A stretch of 64,000 bases of DNA, taken from Verrucomicrobiota bacterium (GTDB taxonomy: Bacteria; Verrucomicrobiota; Verrucomicrobiia; Chthoniobacterales; UBA10450). The stretch is taken from the NCBI GenBank assembly GCA_046732875.1, contig JBKPOB010000038.1, positions 41,031 through 105,030 of the forward strand, written 5' to 3'. The notes below the pieces were generated by a model. The model saw only the letters and a list, made by a program, of their open reading frames with translations, was not told the origin of the DNA and searched no databases. The position numbers were made by a program, and so were the translations under genes. Shown piece by piece: positions 9,500 to 17,958 of this stretch; the stretch's first letter is position 1, and every line of letters starts with the position of its first letter.

Positions 9500-9555
9500 C
9501 GTATAACAGCTGGAGAGGCGCGATTCGCCCGCGTCACTCTACCCTTGAGATCGGT

Positions 9556-9921
9556 TCACGTGGCGGCCAGCGCGGTATCCGTGTCCGGGAAAATCTGAAA
9601 CACCTGGTCGAGCCGTGAGATTTCAAAAATTGAACGCACCGTTTCCTGGAGGCCGGCTAGCAAAAATTTTCCTCCGTAGGCTTCCACTTTTTGCATCGCC
9701 TGAATAAGAGCTGCCAGGCCTGCGCTATCGATGTAACTCACGTCCGAAAGATCGATCACCACGCGTTCCGGTTTTTTCTCGATCATCGCGGTGAGTGATG
9801 CCGTAACTATAGGTGAAACGTGGAGATCGATTTCGCCCTTGAGCGGCAAGACGTTGGGCCGGTCTCGTTGGGGCTTCGGAGCAGACGGGGAGGCGTTCTT
9901 TTTTTTCATCCAACCCTTCAA
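9556..9921 (-). CDS. STAS-domain protein (anti-sigma-factor antagonist, SpoIIAA-like)
   Basis: VIDLSDVSYIDSAGLAALI...GGKFLLAGLQE.V..IF..S.L..VF is the typical STAS pattern. The start may be one of the nearby internal Met codons. Confidence 0.75.
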   Translation of the reverse strand: MKGWMKKKNASPSAPKPQRDRPNVLPLKGEIDLHVSPIVTASLTAMIEKKPERVVIDLSDVSYIDSAGLAALIQAMQKVEAYGGKFLLAGLQETVRSIFEISRLDQVFQIFPDTDTALAAT

Positions 9922-9932
9922 TCGTCAATGGA

Positions 9933-10733
9933 TCACCATCCGAGCGTATCGATCACTTTTTCCACATCCGAAAGATCATCGACCAGGAAATCCGGCTGAT
10001 ATTTTGCAAGTCGATCACGGCTCCATGTGCCGGTTGCCACGGCGACCGTGCGCGCCCCCAAGGCCCTTCCACAGGCAATATCGCGCGGTGTATCGCCAAT
10101 CACGTCGATCTCCGAAGCGGAAAACTCGCGGCCGTGTTTTTCTCTTGCGCGGGCGCGAGCGAACGGTCCGAGCCGGTTGCGGTCTCGATGATCATCGGCG
10201 AACGCGCCAAATTCAAAAAAATGCCAGACCCCGTAATGCTCGAGCTTTAGTTGCGCTCCGCGCGAGACATTGCCAGTGAGCAGAGCCAACACGACATGCG
10301 GTCGCGACTTGAGCCTTTCGAGTAGCTCGAGCACACCCGGAAGCAGTTTGCCTTTGCGACGTGGCAATTCTAACGAAAGAAAATGGACGTAACTGTCCAG
10401 GAACGCGCTCACATTTTCGTTCGTCGCGGGAATTTTATGTTTGTTCAGTATGCTGACGACAATTCCAGAGTCGGTCATACCGGCGATTTCGATGTCGTGC
10501 AGATCATCATCAATACCGAAACGTTCTTTGAAAGCAGATTTAAGTGCATGCACACCCGCGCCGCCTGAGTGGATCAGCGTACCATCGATGTCGAAAAGCA
10601 AAAGGCGCTTAGCGATTTCGGATTTCGAATTACCCGCCACGGCGGGTGAACTTCTTGCGGATTGGGACTGCGTTTTTGTAGCGGCGCTCTGTGAGCGCCG
10701 GCGCAACGCGGCGGAATTTTTTAGATTACGCAT
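9933..10733 (-). CDS. HAD-superfamily hydrolase (phosphoglycolate phosphatase-like)
   Basis: Motif I LLLFDIDGTL, motif II LLTGN, motif IV GDTPRDI. The ~45-aa Ser/Gln/Arg-rich N-terminal extension makes the start uncertain. Confidence 0.7.
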   Translation of the reverse strand: MRNLKNSAALRRRSQSAATKTQSQSARSSPAVAGNSKSEIAKRLLLFDIDGTLIHSGGAGVHALKSAFKERFGIDDDLHDIEIAGMTDSGIVVSILNKHKIPATNENVSAFLDSYVHFLSLELPRRKGKLLPGVLELLERLKSRPHVVLALLTGNVSRGAQLKLEHYGVWHFFEFGAFADDHRDRNRLGPFARARAREKHGREFSASEIDVIGDTPRDIACGRALGARTVAVATGTWSRDRLAKYQPDFLVDDLSDVEKVIDTLGW

Positions 10734-10767
10734 TTCAAATCGCGAATTTGAGACTTGCCAGGTTGCC

Positions 10768-10791
10768 CGGCGGTCATAGACCGCCGCTACA
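10768..10791. repeat. REP-B element (single hairpin copy)
   Basis: cggcggtcatagaccgccgctaca is the exact reverse complement of tgtagcggcggtctatgaccgccg at 26146-26169. Confidence 0.6.
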
Positions 10792-10794
10792 ATT

Positions 10795-11286
10795 TTACAA
10801 GCTTGGAGCGTGCATCATCAACACCGCGATCATGCTCCCGAGAAACACGAGTAGGACAATTGCCAAACCAATAAAAATTCCATTGCGAACCGGGTCGCTC
10901 TGTTGTTTTTGGCGCCGGAACGGAGAAACGTTGGTAAAATCCGCGGGCGCGGCACTCAATTCAGCGGGCCTCGCTTTGATCTCCTCGAGCTGGGGGAGTG
11001 GTCGCGATCCACTTTTGTCTCCTTCGTAGCGGGCTTCGGCTGCGCCAAATCGGATCCGATCATCAAAGCTTAGCAACGTTTCTGTGACTGGCTTGCCATT
11101 GACGTGCGTGCCATTGGTCGATCCGAGATCCTTCAACCGATAAGTTTCGCCGGCCAACTGCAACTGCGCGTGGCGCGCCGAGACCGAGGGATTATTAATG
11201 ACTATGGCGTTATCCGGTCCGCGTCCCACTGTGACTAACTCGTCCACAAGTTCATACGTCGTCCCGCTAATAATGAGCTTTGGCAT
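10795..11286 (-). CDS. FHA-domain protein with C-terminal transmembrane anchor
   Basis: FHA signature VGRGPDN.I.I....VS..HA.L......Y.L.DLGSTNGT.VNG. C-terminal hydrophobic segment IFIGLAIVLLVFLGSMIAVLMM. Confidence 0.8.
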   Translation of the reverse strand: MPKLIISGTTYELVDELVTVGRGPDNAIVINNPSVSARHAQLQLAGETYRLKDLGSTNGTHVNGKPVTETLLSFDDRIRFGAAEARYEGDKSGSRPLPQLEEIKARPAELSAAPADFTNVSPFRRQKQQSDPVRNGIFIGLAIVLLVFLGSMIAVLMMHAPSL

Positions 11287-11479
11287 GCTGGCTGTAATTT
11301 AGCTTAGAATTCAACCTTTGGTCGAACGATTCCTTCCGGAAAGGCAATTTGGCCACGTTCATCTTTCGAACGACTGGATTATTTCCATCCGTTTGACGCT
11401 CAGATTCCGTATCCTTAGGCTTAGTTCTATCATTCGAATCGAAAACCGACTCTAAGAAACACGTAAAGGGAGTAACATC

Positions 11480-11773
11480 GTGCCGACATACATCAGTTTG
11501 GTGCAATTCACTGATAAGGGTATTCAAGCCGCGAAAGAGACGACCCAGCGCGTTGCTGACTGGGCCGCCAAGGTGCAATCGAGAGGCGTAACCATCAAGG
11601 ACATGTATTGGACCCTTGGTCAATATGACCAGGTTTGCATCTTCGACGCCCCAGACGACGAAACGGCCGCGAGTGTGTTGCTCGCGGCCGACATGCTAGG
11701 TAACATTCGCACACAGACATTGCGTGCTTTTACTGCTTCCGATATGGAAGGGATCCTGGGCAAGGTGCCCTAA
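11480..11773 (+). CDS. GYD-domain protein
   Basis: 97 aa with a GTG start. MPTYISLVQFTDKGI......T..R........G......YWTLGQYD.V.IFDAPDDETA matches the GYD family layout. Confidence 0.7.
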   Translation: MPTYISLVQFTDKGIQAAKETTQRVADWAAKVQSRGVTIKDMYWTLGQYDQVCIFDAPDDETAASVLLAADMLGNIRTQTLRAFTASDMEGILGKVP

Positions 11774-11832
11774 CCACGCTGAGATTAGCACTGACTTCCT
11801 GATTTGCGCGGAGCCTGCTCGGAATTCTGGAA

Positions 11833-12072
11833 TTATGGCGTTACGTGCCGTCCGTCCTCGATTATCCCGACCAGCAGGTTTGCGACGTAGTGTTGTTCGA
11901 TGATGAGCGCAGGGCCCAAATCACATCGAATCATCTTGGACGTGTTAGTACTAGGAACTGCATCCGGTTTGCGAATGTTAGACGTTTGGATTTGACTCTG
12001 CTTTTTTACTCTAACTCTAAGGTGCAGCAATTCCCCACGGTTGATGGGGCTTTGCATGCTTAGAGTTTTCAT
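11833..12072 (-). CDS. Small ORF, divergent (possibly decaying) paralog of 15299..15511
   Basis: The C-terminal 27 aa GPALIIEQHYVANLLVGIIEDGRHVTP match GPALVIQHEYAAKLLNGMIEDGLHVTQ at 17/27. Nucleotide identity over the 3' ~100 nt is ~74% by hand alignment, with a 1-nt indel, so the central part reads in a different frame than in the paralog. The start is only 17 nt from the divergent mocR-like start. Confidence 0.35.
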   Translation of the reverse strand: MKTLSMQSPINRGELLHLRVRVKKQSQIQTSNIRKPDAVPSTNTSKMIRCDLGPALIIEQHYVANLLVGIIEDGRHVTP

Positions 12073-12089
12073 ATTTCAATAGGTCCATT

Positions 12090-13583
12090 GTGTTGCAGCT
12101 TGATGGGAACGGGCCGCTTTATCGGCAGATCTATCGCGCCTTTCGGAACGACATCCTGACCCAGGCCCTCCCACCGGGCGAACGAGTTCCTTCGACCCGG
12201 GCCCTTTCCGACCTTCTGAAAGTCTCGCGAAACACTGCTGTATTGGCTTACGAACAATTGCTTGCCGAAGGGTATCTTGAGACACGGATGGGTGCGGCAG
12301 GAACTGTTGTGGCGTCTGTTCTACCGCCGGACGCTCTTCGTTCTCATCTATCGCTCGATCGGCAACGGCCCACTCTCCGTCGCAGTCACGCCAGGCTTGG
12401 GAACGCGGGAGACAGAATCGTCAAAGCCGCGCGAGCAACAACGGATAGCCTGGGATTGCCAAGCTTGACCTGGGAGCTAACGCCGCCGCGTCTCCGGTAC
12501 GATTTCCGGCCAGGTCGTGCGGCGTTTCCCGACCTGCCGTATGCACTCTGGTGCAGGCTACTCGGCGCGCGCGCGCGGCATGCGACGCTTCGCGATCTTG
12601 ACTACGGCCCGCCGCAAGGTCGACCGGAGCTGCGCGAAGCCATCGCCACTCGCCTGCGGCGATTGCGTGGAATTGACGCAAGCCCGGAGAGGATTGTGAT
12701 CGTCAACGGAACACAGCAAGCTTTGGATTTGATCAGCCGGGTTCTCTTAAATCCTGGGGACCGCGTTCTGATGGAGGAACCTCATTACACCGGCGCGCGG
12801 TGCTCATTTGTGTCGGCGGGAGCCGAATTGCTGACGTCGCCGGTCGACGACAACGGGATTCAAGTCCCGAAAGTGAAGAAACAACAGCGCGCGATTCGGC
12901 TCGCATACGTCACACCGTCTCATCAATTTCCGACCGGCGTAGTCCTTCCAATTGCGCGACGCCTTGAACTTCTCGATTGGGCCTCCCGCGTTGGAGCATT
13001 CATTGTCGAAGATGACTACGACAGTGAATATCGTTACGACGGACCGCCGCTTCAGGCGCTGGCCGGACTCGACCGGGAAGGCCGCGTCATTTATGTCGGG
13101 ACGTTCTCCAAGATTCTTTTTCCGGCTTTGAGGCTGGGGTATCTCGTGTTGCCTGAAGTGTTGGTAGAACCGGTTGCGGCCGCAAAGGCAGTGGGAGACA
13201 CGGGAACGGCAATACTAGAACAGCTCGTTCTTGCAGACTTCATCAGCACCGGGCATTTCGATCGTCATCTCCGTCGCACCAACGCTTCGAATGCCGCCCG
13301 GCGAAATGCATTAGTCGCCGCCGTTGGCAAAGAGTTCGCCGAACGAGCGGAGGTTTGCGGTGCGAATGCCGGACTTCATCTTCTTGTTTGGTTGAAAGGA
13401 AGTCGCGGTGGAATGATCGCGGATGTGCACGCTAAAGCAGAGAAGGCCGGCGTGGGGCTCTACGGCGTAGAGGCATTCTATCTCAAACCGCCAAAGCGCA
13501 CCGGCGTCGTTCTTGGTTATGCGCCGTTGCCGGAGTCTGAGATTCGAGAGGGAATTCGCTGCCTCGCTGCGGCGCTCAAATGA
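12090..13583 (+). CDS. MocR/PdxR-type regulator (GntR wHTH fused to class-I aminotransferase-like domain)
   Basis: N-terminal PLYRQIY...I......G..LPS.R.L...L.VSRNTV..AY..L. The C-terminal ~350 aa is aminotransferase-fold (YVTPSHQFPTG, the lysine-region SKILFPALRLGY). GTG start. Confidence 0.85.
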   Translation: MLQLDGNGPLYRQIYRAFRNDILTQALPPGERVPSTRALSDLLKVSRNTAVLAYEQLLAEGYLETRMGAAGTVVASVLPPDALRSHLSLDRQRPTLRRSHARLGNAGDRIVKAARATTDSLGLPSLTWELTPPRLRYDFRPGRAAFPDLPYALWCRLLGARARHATLRDLDYGPPQGRPELREAIATRLRRLRGIDASPERIVIVNGTQQALDLISRVLLNPGDRVLMEEPHYTGARCSFVSAGAELLTSPVDDNGIQVPKVKKQQRAIRLAYVTPSHQFPTGVVLPIARRLELLDWASRVGAFIVEDDYDSEYRYDGPPLQALAGLDREGRVIYVGTFSKILFPALRLGYLVLPEVLVEPVAAAKAVGDTGTAILEQLVLADFISTGHFDRHLRRTNASNAARRNALVAAVGKEFAERAEVCGANAGLHLLVWLKGSRGGMIADVHAKAEKAGVGLYGVEAFYLKPPKRTGVVLGYAPLPESEIREGIRCLAAALK

Positions 13584-13614
13584 TTCTCGCTTGGGCTCTC
13601 CATCGCCTTTTCTT

Positions 13615-13686
13615 GTCATTCCGAGCGAAGTCGAGGAATCTCTAATTTTCTGTCAAGACCATTCGCTGAAAAATTCGCGGCATGAC
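13615..13686. repeat. REP-A element copy
   Basis: gtcattccgagcgaagtcgaggaatctc ... ttcgcggcatgac, with a degenerate right arm. It sits between the mocR-like stop and the DUF4440 gene start. Confidence 0.6.
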
Positions 13687-13759
13687 GTGAGAATGGTCCT
13701 ACATCTTTTGACGTGAATGGATCTGTGCGACCCACGTTCGGCGTACTACGCTCCCCATC

Positions 13760-14629
13760 ATGAAAAAACTACAAATGAAAAAACTCGTCGGGACGGTTCT
13801 GTTCACCTGTATGTGTGCCGGACTGGTAGTGGCCGAGGTGCCCAAAGCGCAATCCAAGGACCCGGTCGTTATCGACGCAGTGAAGCAAGTTGCGCAGGAT
13901 ATGGGAAATGCAATGGTAGCCGGCGATATCGACAAGCTCAATCAGATCTTTGCCGACGATTGGGCAACCTTCGATTCCTCCGGCAAGATTTTCACCAAAG
14001 AGCGACTTCTAAGCGATTTTAAATCCGGCAAGCACAAACTGCTGTCGTTTGAAAACGGACCTATCGACGTACAGGTGTTCGGCGATGTGGCCGTCGCCCA
14101 GGGTAGTGTGAAGGAAAACAGGATTGACGACGGAAAAGATACTAGCGGTCAGTTCCTTTGGATGGATCTCCTCAAGAAACGCGAAGGCAAATGGTCGGTC
14201 GTGCGCAGCGCAGGCGCCAGGGTGGTTTCTGCCAACTCCCCAGAAACGCAATCCCAAGATCCGACCATTGTCGAGACTATGAAACAATTCGCACAGGAGA
14301 CGGGAAATGCAATGATGGCCGCCGATATCGACAAGCTCAACCAGATCTATGCCGACGATTGGACCACTATCGGATCCTCCGGCGAAATTTTTACCAAGGA
14401 GAGCCTTCTAAGCGATTTTAAATCCGGCAAGCACAAGCTCCTGTCGTTTGAAATCGGACCGATGGACGTACAGATGTTCGGCGATGTTGCCATAGTCCAA
14501 GCCGGCGTCACCGAAAAGAGGCTTCGAGATGGAAAAGACATTAGCGGTCAGTTTGTTTTTATGGATCTCCTCAAAAAGCGCGACGGCAAATGGGTGATCG
14601 TGCGCACCTTAGGCGCCAGGGTGAGTTGA
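13760..14629 (+). CDS. Secreted protein with two tandem DUF4440/SnoaL-like (NTF2-fold) domains
   Basis: Signal peptide MKKLVGTVLFTCMCAGLVVA. Two ~124-aa modules are 88/124 identical by hand count. Both share the DIDKLNQI.ADDW......G.I.TKE..L.DFKSGKHKL.SFE pattern typical of DUF4440. Confidence 0.75.
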   Translation: MKKLQMKKLVGTVLFTCMCAGLVVAEVPKAQSKDPVVIDAVKQVAQDMGNAMVAGDIDKLNQIFADDWATFDSSGKIFTKERLLSDFKSGKHKLLSFENGPIDVQVFGDVAVAQGSVKENRIDDGKDTSGQFLWMDLLKKREGKWSVVRSAGARVVSANSPETQSQDPTIVETMKQFAQETGNAMMAADIDKLNQIYADDWTTIGSSGEIFTKESLLSDFKSGKHKLLSFEIGPMDVQMFGDVAIVQAGVTEKRLRDGKDISGQFVFMDLLKKRDGKWVIVRTLGARVS

Positions 14630-14654
14630 GGGAATTGGAAAAGCGGGGACCCAG

Positions 14655-15158
14655 ATGCTGAGAAATGGAATCGGAGGACAACAAATAAAAAAATTAATGA
14701 AACTCGTCGGGACGGTTCTATTCACCTATGTATGCGCTGGATTGGTTTTGGCCAACCCAGCCGAGGTGACTTCGAAAGATGCGAGCGTTGCCGACACCCT
14801 TAAGCAGCAGGCAGAGGATTTTGGCAATGCAATCAAGGACGTTGATATCGACAAGCTCAATCAGATCCTCGCCGACGATTGGGTAAGCCTCGGGTCCAGT
14901 GGCAGAATTTTAACCAGGGAGGACTTTTTGAACGACCTGAAAGCCGGCAACCATAAACTCGAGTCTTTTGAAATTGGACCTATGGACGTGAAGGTGTTCG
15001 GCGATGTTGCCGTGGTCCAGGGCACTGTCACCGAAAAGAAAACTGATCAAGGGGAAGACACCAGCGGGCATGGCAGTTGGATGGATGTTTGCGTGAAGCG
15101 CGGAGACAAATGGGTCATCGTCCGGTCCCACTCCTCCTGGGTGAAGAACGCGAATTAG
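14655..15158 (+). CDS. Secreted single-domain DUF4440/SnoaL-like protein (third paralogous module)
   Basis: Same signal peptide (MKLVGTVLFTYVCAGLVLA; an alternative ATG at 14697) and the same domain pattern as the two modules upstream. Confidence 0.75.
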   Translation: MLRNGIGGQQIKKLMKLVGTVLFTYVCAGLVLANPAEVTSKDASVADTLKQQAEDFGNAIKDVDIDKLNQILADDWVSLGSSGRILTREDFLNDLKAGNHKLESFEIGPMDVKVFGDVAVVQGTVTEKKTDQGEDTSGHGSWMDVCVKRGDKWVIVRSHSSWVKNAN

Positions 15159-15298
15159 AGAGCGGAATGAGGCCATTCCCGGGGGAGCTCCGCGCCGGCC
15201 GGTTCAAAGATTCTCAAAGCATCCGCGTTGAGGGCTTACTTACTTCAAACTCAGCGCTAACTTTCTGGATTTGCGTCAGCTTGCTTTTGGTTTTGGAA

Positions 15299-15511
15299 TC
15301 ACTGCGTCACGTGCAGTCCGTCTTCTATCATCCCGTTGAGTAGCTTCGCGGCGTACTCGTGTTGGATGACAAGCGCGGGACCGAACCACTGAAAATCATC
15401 CTGGACGTGTCGGCTGATCCATTCATTCGCCCTCTGAGTGAGCGGCCTAACGAGTGTAAGTGTTCCCTGTGGCAAAATCCAGATGTCGCTTTTGCGGCCA
15501 GGGTGGTTCAT
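15299..15511 (-). CDS. Small (70 aa) protein of unknown function; intact paralog of 11833..12072
   Basis: Its ATG overlaps the stop of the upstream small ORF (ATGA at 15508-15511). The C-terminal block is conserved with the paralog. No family recognised. Confidence 0.5.
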   Translation of the reverse strand: MNHPGRKSDIWILPQGTLTLVRPLTQRANEWISRHVQDDFQWFGPALVIQHEYAAKLLNGMIEDGLHVTQ

Positions 15512-15648
15512 TGCTTAGCGTCTGCGCTTGCAAATGGTGGCTCCGGTTTAATGGGAAACAGCGGCCGTAAAACCGCGAATGCGTTCCAGAGACACGCGAC
15601 AGAAACGACCAGAAACATTGCAACACACTTCATGGCGTTTGCTTTCAT
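15508..15648 (-). CDS. Candidate 46-aa secreted peptide (signal peptide + Pro-rich ~21-aa mature part)
   Basis: ATG at 15648 is preceded by GGAGAAGAAAG (SD-like GGAG ~7 nt upstream). Sequence MKANAMKCVAMFLVVSVACLWNAFA|VLRPLFPIKPEPPFASADAKQ. The stop overlaps the next ATG. The longer 72-aa version in the ORF track has no obvious SD. Confidence 0.35.
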   Translation of the reverse strand: MKANAMKCVAMFLVVSVACLWNAFAVLRPLFPIKPEPPFASADAKQ

Positions 15649-15881
15649 CTTTCTTCTCCGGAAATCGGGCGGCAAAGTTCCTGCAGATGTTCTGAAAGAG
15701 GGCCACTGAGCGCCGATCTCTACCACTCAGCACTTTAGCGGTGAGTCATGGCTTTTGTGCAACAGCCTGGATTTCCGCCAAATTGAGATCGGGATATTTC
15801 GGATAGTCTAGAGATTCCTCCAGCCTCCGTATACGGCGACGGCGCGGCGGGCGAGTTCTCGTTTTCGCATTGCTACGGCGT

Positions 15882-15900
15882 GGCGAGCGCTCGGAATGAC
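15882..15900. repeat. Solo right arm of REP-A
   Basis: ggcgagcgctcggaatgac matches the ...CGCTCGGAATGAC terminus of the REP-A copies. No left arm is seen. Confidence 0.4.
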
Positions 15901-15915
15901 AGAAGGTGGAGTCGA

Positions 15916-15944
15916 TTGACCGCGCGCGGCCGCACTCGCATAGT
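15916..15944 (+). promoter_or_regulatory. Candidate sigma70-type promoter for lepA (would give a near-leaderless mRNA)
   Basis: TTGACC (15916-15921), a 17-nt spacer, then CATAGT (15939-15944). The lepA ATG is at 15955 with no SD in between. Pattern match only. Confidence 0.25.
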
Positions 15945-15954
15945 GCCCACTTCC

Positions 15955-17751
15955 ATGGGAATTGAGTTTACGCGCAACTTCTGCATCATCGCGCATATCG
16001 ATCACGGCAAGACGACGTTGTCGGACCGGTTGCTCGAGCGCACGGGGACAATCCAGGAGCGGGAGAAGCAGGATCAGCTTCTTGACTCGATGGACTTGGA
16101 GCGAGAGCGCGGGATCACGATCAAAGCGCATCCTGTGATGATGCGTTATTTGAGCAAATCCGGGCAAACCTATCGCTTTAACCTGCTCGACACTCCCGGC
16201 CACGTCGATTTTAGCTACGAAGTTTCCCGTAGCCTCGCTGCCTGCGAGGGCGCCCTGTTGGTTGTCGATGCGGCGCAGGGAGTGGAAGCGCAAACGGTAG
16301 CCAACGTTCATCTCGCGCACAAACAAGGGCTCACAATTGTTCCTATCATCAACAAGATCGATCTGCCGAATGCCGACGTGCCCTCGGTGCATCGCCAGTT
16401 GGAAGAAATCCTTGCGATCCCAGCCGACGAAGCGATCGACGCGAGCGCGAAGATGGGAATCGGGATTGATGAAATTCTTGAGGCAATCGTGAAACGTATT
16501 CCGCCGCCGCGACCGCCGGCAGACCAGACGTTGCGCGCGTTGGTTTTTGATTCTGTCTTTGATGTTTATCGCGGTGTGGTCGGCTATGTGCGGGTCGATT
16601 CCGGAACAATGGAAGCGAATCACGCGATTACATTGATGAGCAATAACGCGCGCTACGAGATCAAGGAAGTGGGCGTGTTTACGCCGAAGATGCTTCCGCA
16701 GGAAAAGCTGAATCCCGGCGATGTCGGCTATTTCATCGCAAATATTAAGTCGACTGCCGACATGAAGATCGGCGATACCATCACCGACCAGCGCCATCCC
16801 GCGCGCGAACCTCTTCCGGGTTTCCAGGAAATTCATCCCATGGTGTTCAGTGGGATCTATCCCATCAATACCGGCGACTTCGAACATCTGAAGACGGCAA
16901 TCGCGAAGCTGCGCCTGAACGACGCGGCGTTCGTCTATCAACCGGAAAGTTCCGTAGCGCTCGGATTTGGATTTCGCTGCGGATTTCTCGGACTGCTTCA
17001 CATGGAGATCATCCAAGAGCGGCTCCGACGCGAGTACAACATGGACATCATCGCCACGAGCCCCAGCGTGGTTTATGAAGTGATCACCACCCGCGGAGAA
17101 AAATTATCGATCGATAACCCGGCTCACCTGCCAAATCCCAGCATGATCCAGGAAATTCGTGAGCCGATTGTAAAGGCTTACGTGCTTTGCCCGAACGAAA
17201 ATATCGGCGACATCCTGCAATTGATTCTGGAGAAACGCGGCCAGATGGAGCGCACCGAGTCGCTCGATACACGTCGTGTAATGTTGCATTGCGAATTGCC
17301 TCTGAACGAAATTCTCGTCGATTTTAACGACAAGATTAAGAGCATTACGCGCGGCTACGGATCGATGGATTACGAGCACGCCGGCTATCGCGCCGCGAAG
17401 CTGGTAAAGCTGGACCTCCTCGTTAACGGCGAGCCGGTCGATGCGTTTTCGACGATCGTACACAAAGATCGCGCGGAGGCGAGGGGACGCCAGCTGGCGG
17501 CTAAACTAAAGGAAGTAATCCCGCGACAGCTCTATCAGGTGGCAATCCAGGCGGCTATTGGCGGAAAAATTATTGCGCGTGAGAGCGTTTCAGCATTGCG
17601 AAAAAACGTAACCGCGAAATGCTACGGCGGCGATATTACTCGCAAGCGGAAGCTGCTGGAGAAACAAAAGGAAGGAAAGAAACGGATGAAGAGCATCGGG
17701 AAGATCAATATCCCGCAAGAGGCGTTCATTGAAGTGCTAAAAGCACAATGA
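15955..17751 (+). CDS. lepA: Elongation factor 4 (LepA)
   Basis: IRNFCIIAHIDHGKTTLSDRLL, DTPGHVDF, NKIDL and the LepA-specific C-terminal region (..YGGDITRKRKLLEKQKEGKKRMK..G.V.IPQEAF). Start placed at the ATG at 15955 (MGIEFTRNF). The ORF-track start at 15880 adds an Arg-rich extension. Confidence 0.95.
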   Translation: MGIEFTRNFCIIAHIDHGKTTLSDRLLERTGTIQEREKQDQLLDSMDLERERGITIKAHPVMMRYLSKSGQTYRFNLLDTPGHVDFSYEVSRSLAACEGALLVVDAAQGVEAQTVANVHLAHKQGLTIVPIINKIDLPNADVPSVHRQLEEILAIPADEAIDASAKMGIGIDEILEAIVKRIPPPRPPADQTLRALVFDSVFDVYRGVVGYVRVDSGTMEANHAITLMSNNARYEIKEVGVFTPKMLPQEKLNPGDVGYFIANIKSTADMKIGDTITDQRHPAREPLPGFQEIHPMVFSGIYPINTGDFEHLKTAIAKLRLNDAAFVYQPESSVALGFGFRCGFLGLLHMEIIQERLRREYNMDIIATSPSVVYEVITTRGEKLSIDNPAHLPNPSMIQEIREPIVKAYVLCPNENIGDILQLILEKRGQMERTESLDTRRVMLHCELPLNEILVDFNDKIKSITRGYGSMDYEHAGYRAAKLVKLDLLVNGEPVDAFSTIVHKDRAEARGRQLAAKLKEVIPRQLYQVAIQAAIGGKIIARESVSALRKNVTAKCYGGDITRKRKLLEKQKEGKKRMKSIGKINIPQEAFIEVLKAQ

Positions 17752-17958
17752 CGAAATCCGAATGGCGAATAACGAGGAAATCCGAATGACTAATGACAAA
17801 TCAAACGCCGGTCATTCCGAGCAAAGTCGAGGAATCCCGCGGCGACACCCACAAGCAATTCCACGGGGTCCTTCGGCTCCGCTTCGCTCCGCTCGGGATG
17901 ACAAGCGATGACCGGGCCTCGTCATTCATTCGTCATTCGACATTCGAGCTTCGTCATT
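17747..17958. repeat. Composite intergenic structure: GAATGAC-word array / REP-A copy (17811-17902) / inverted GTCATT-word array
   Basis: Left: aatgacgaaatccgaatggcgaataacgaggaaatccgaatgactaatgac. Centre: gtcattccgagcaaagtcgaggaatccc...cgcttcgctccgctcgggatgac. Right: gtcattcattcgtcattcgacattcgagcttcgtcatttt, ending 8 nt before the lepB ATG. Confidence 0.65.

Noticed and set aside
15808-17016. 402-aa ORF on the minus strand
   Set aside because: It is entirely antisense to lepA, whose product matches EF4 motif by motif. The antisense product is Arg/His/Asp-rich with no motif. This is a typical shadow ORF.
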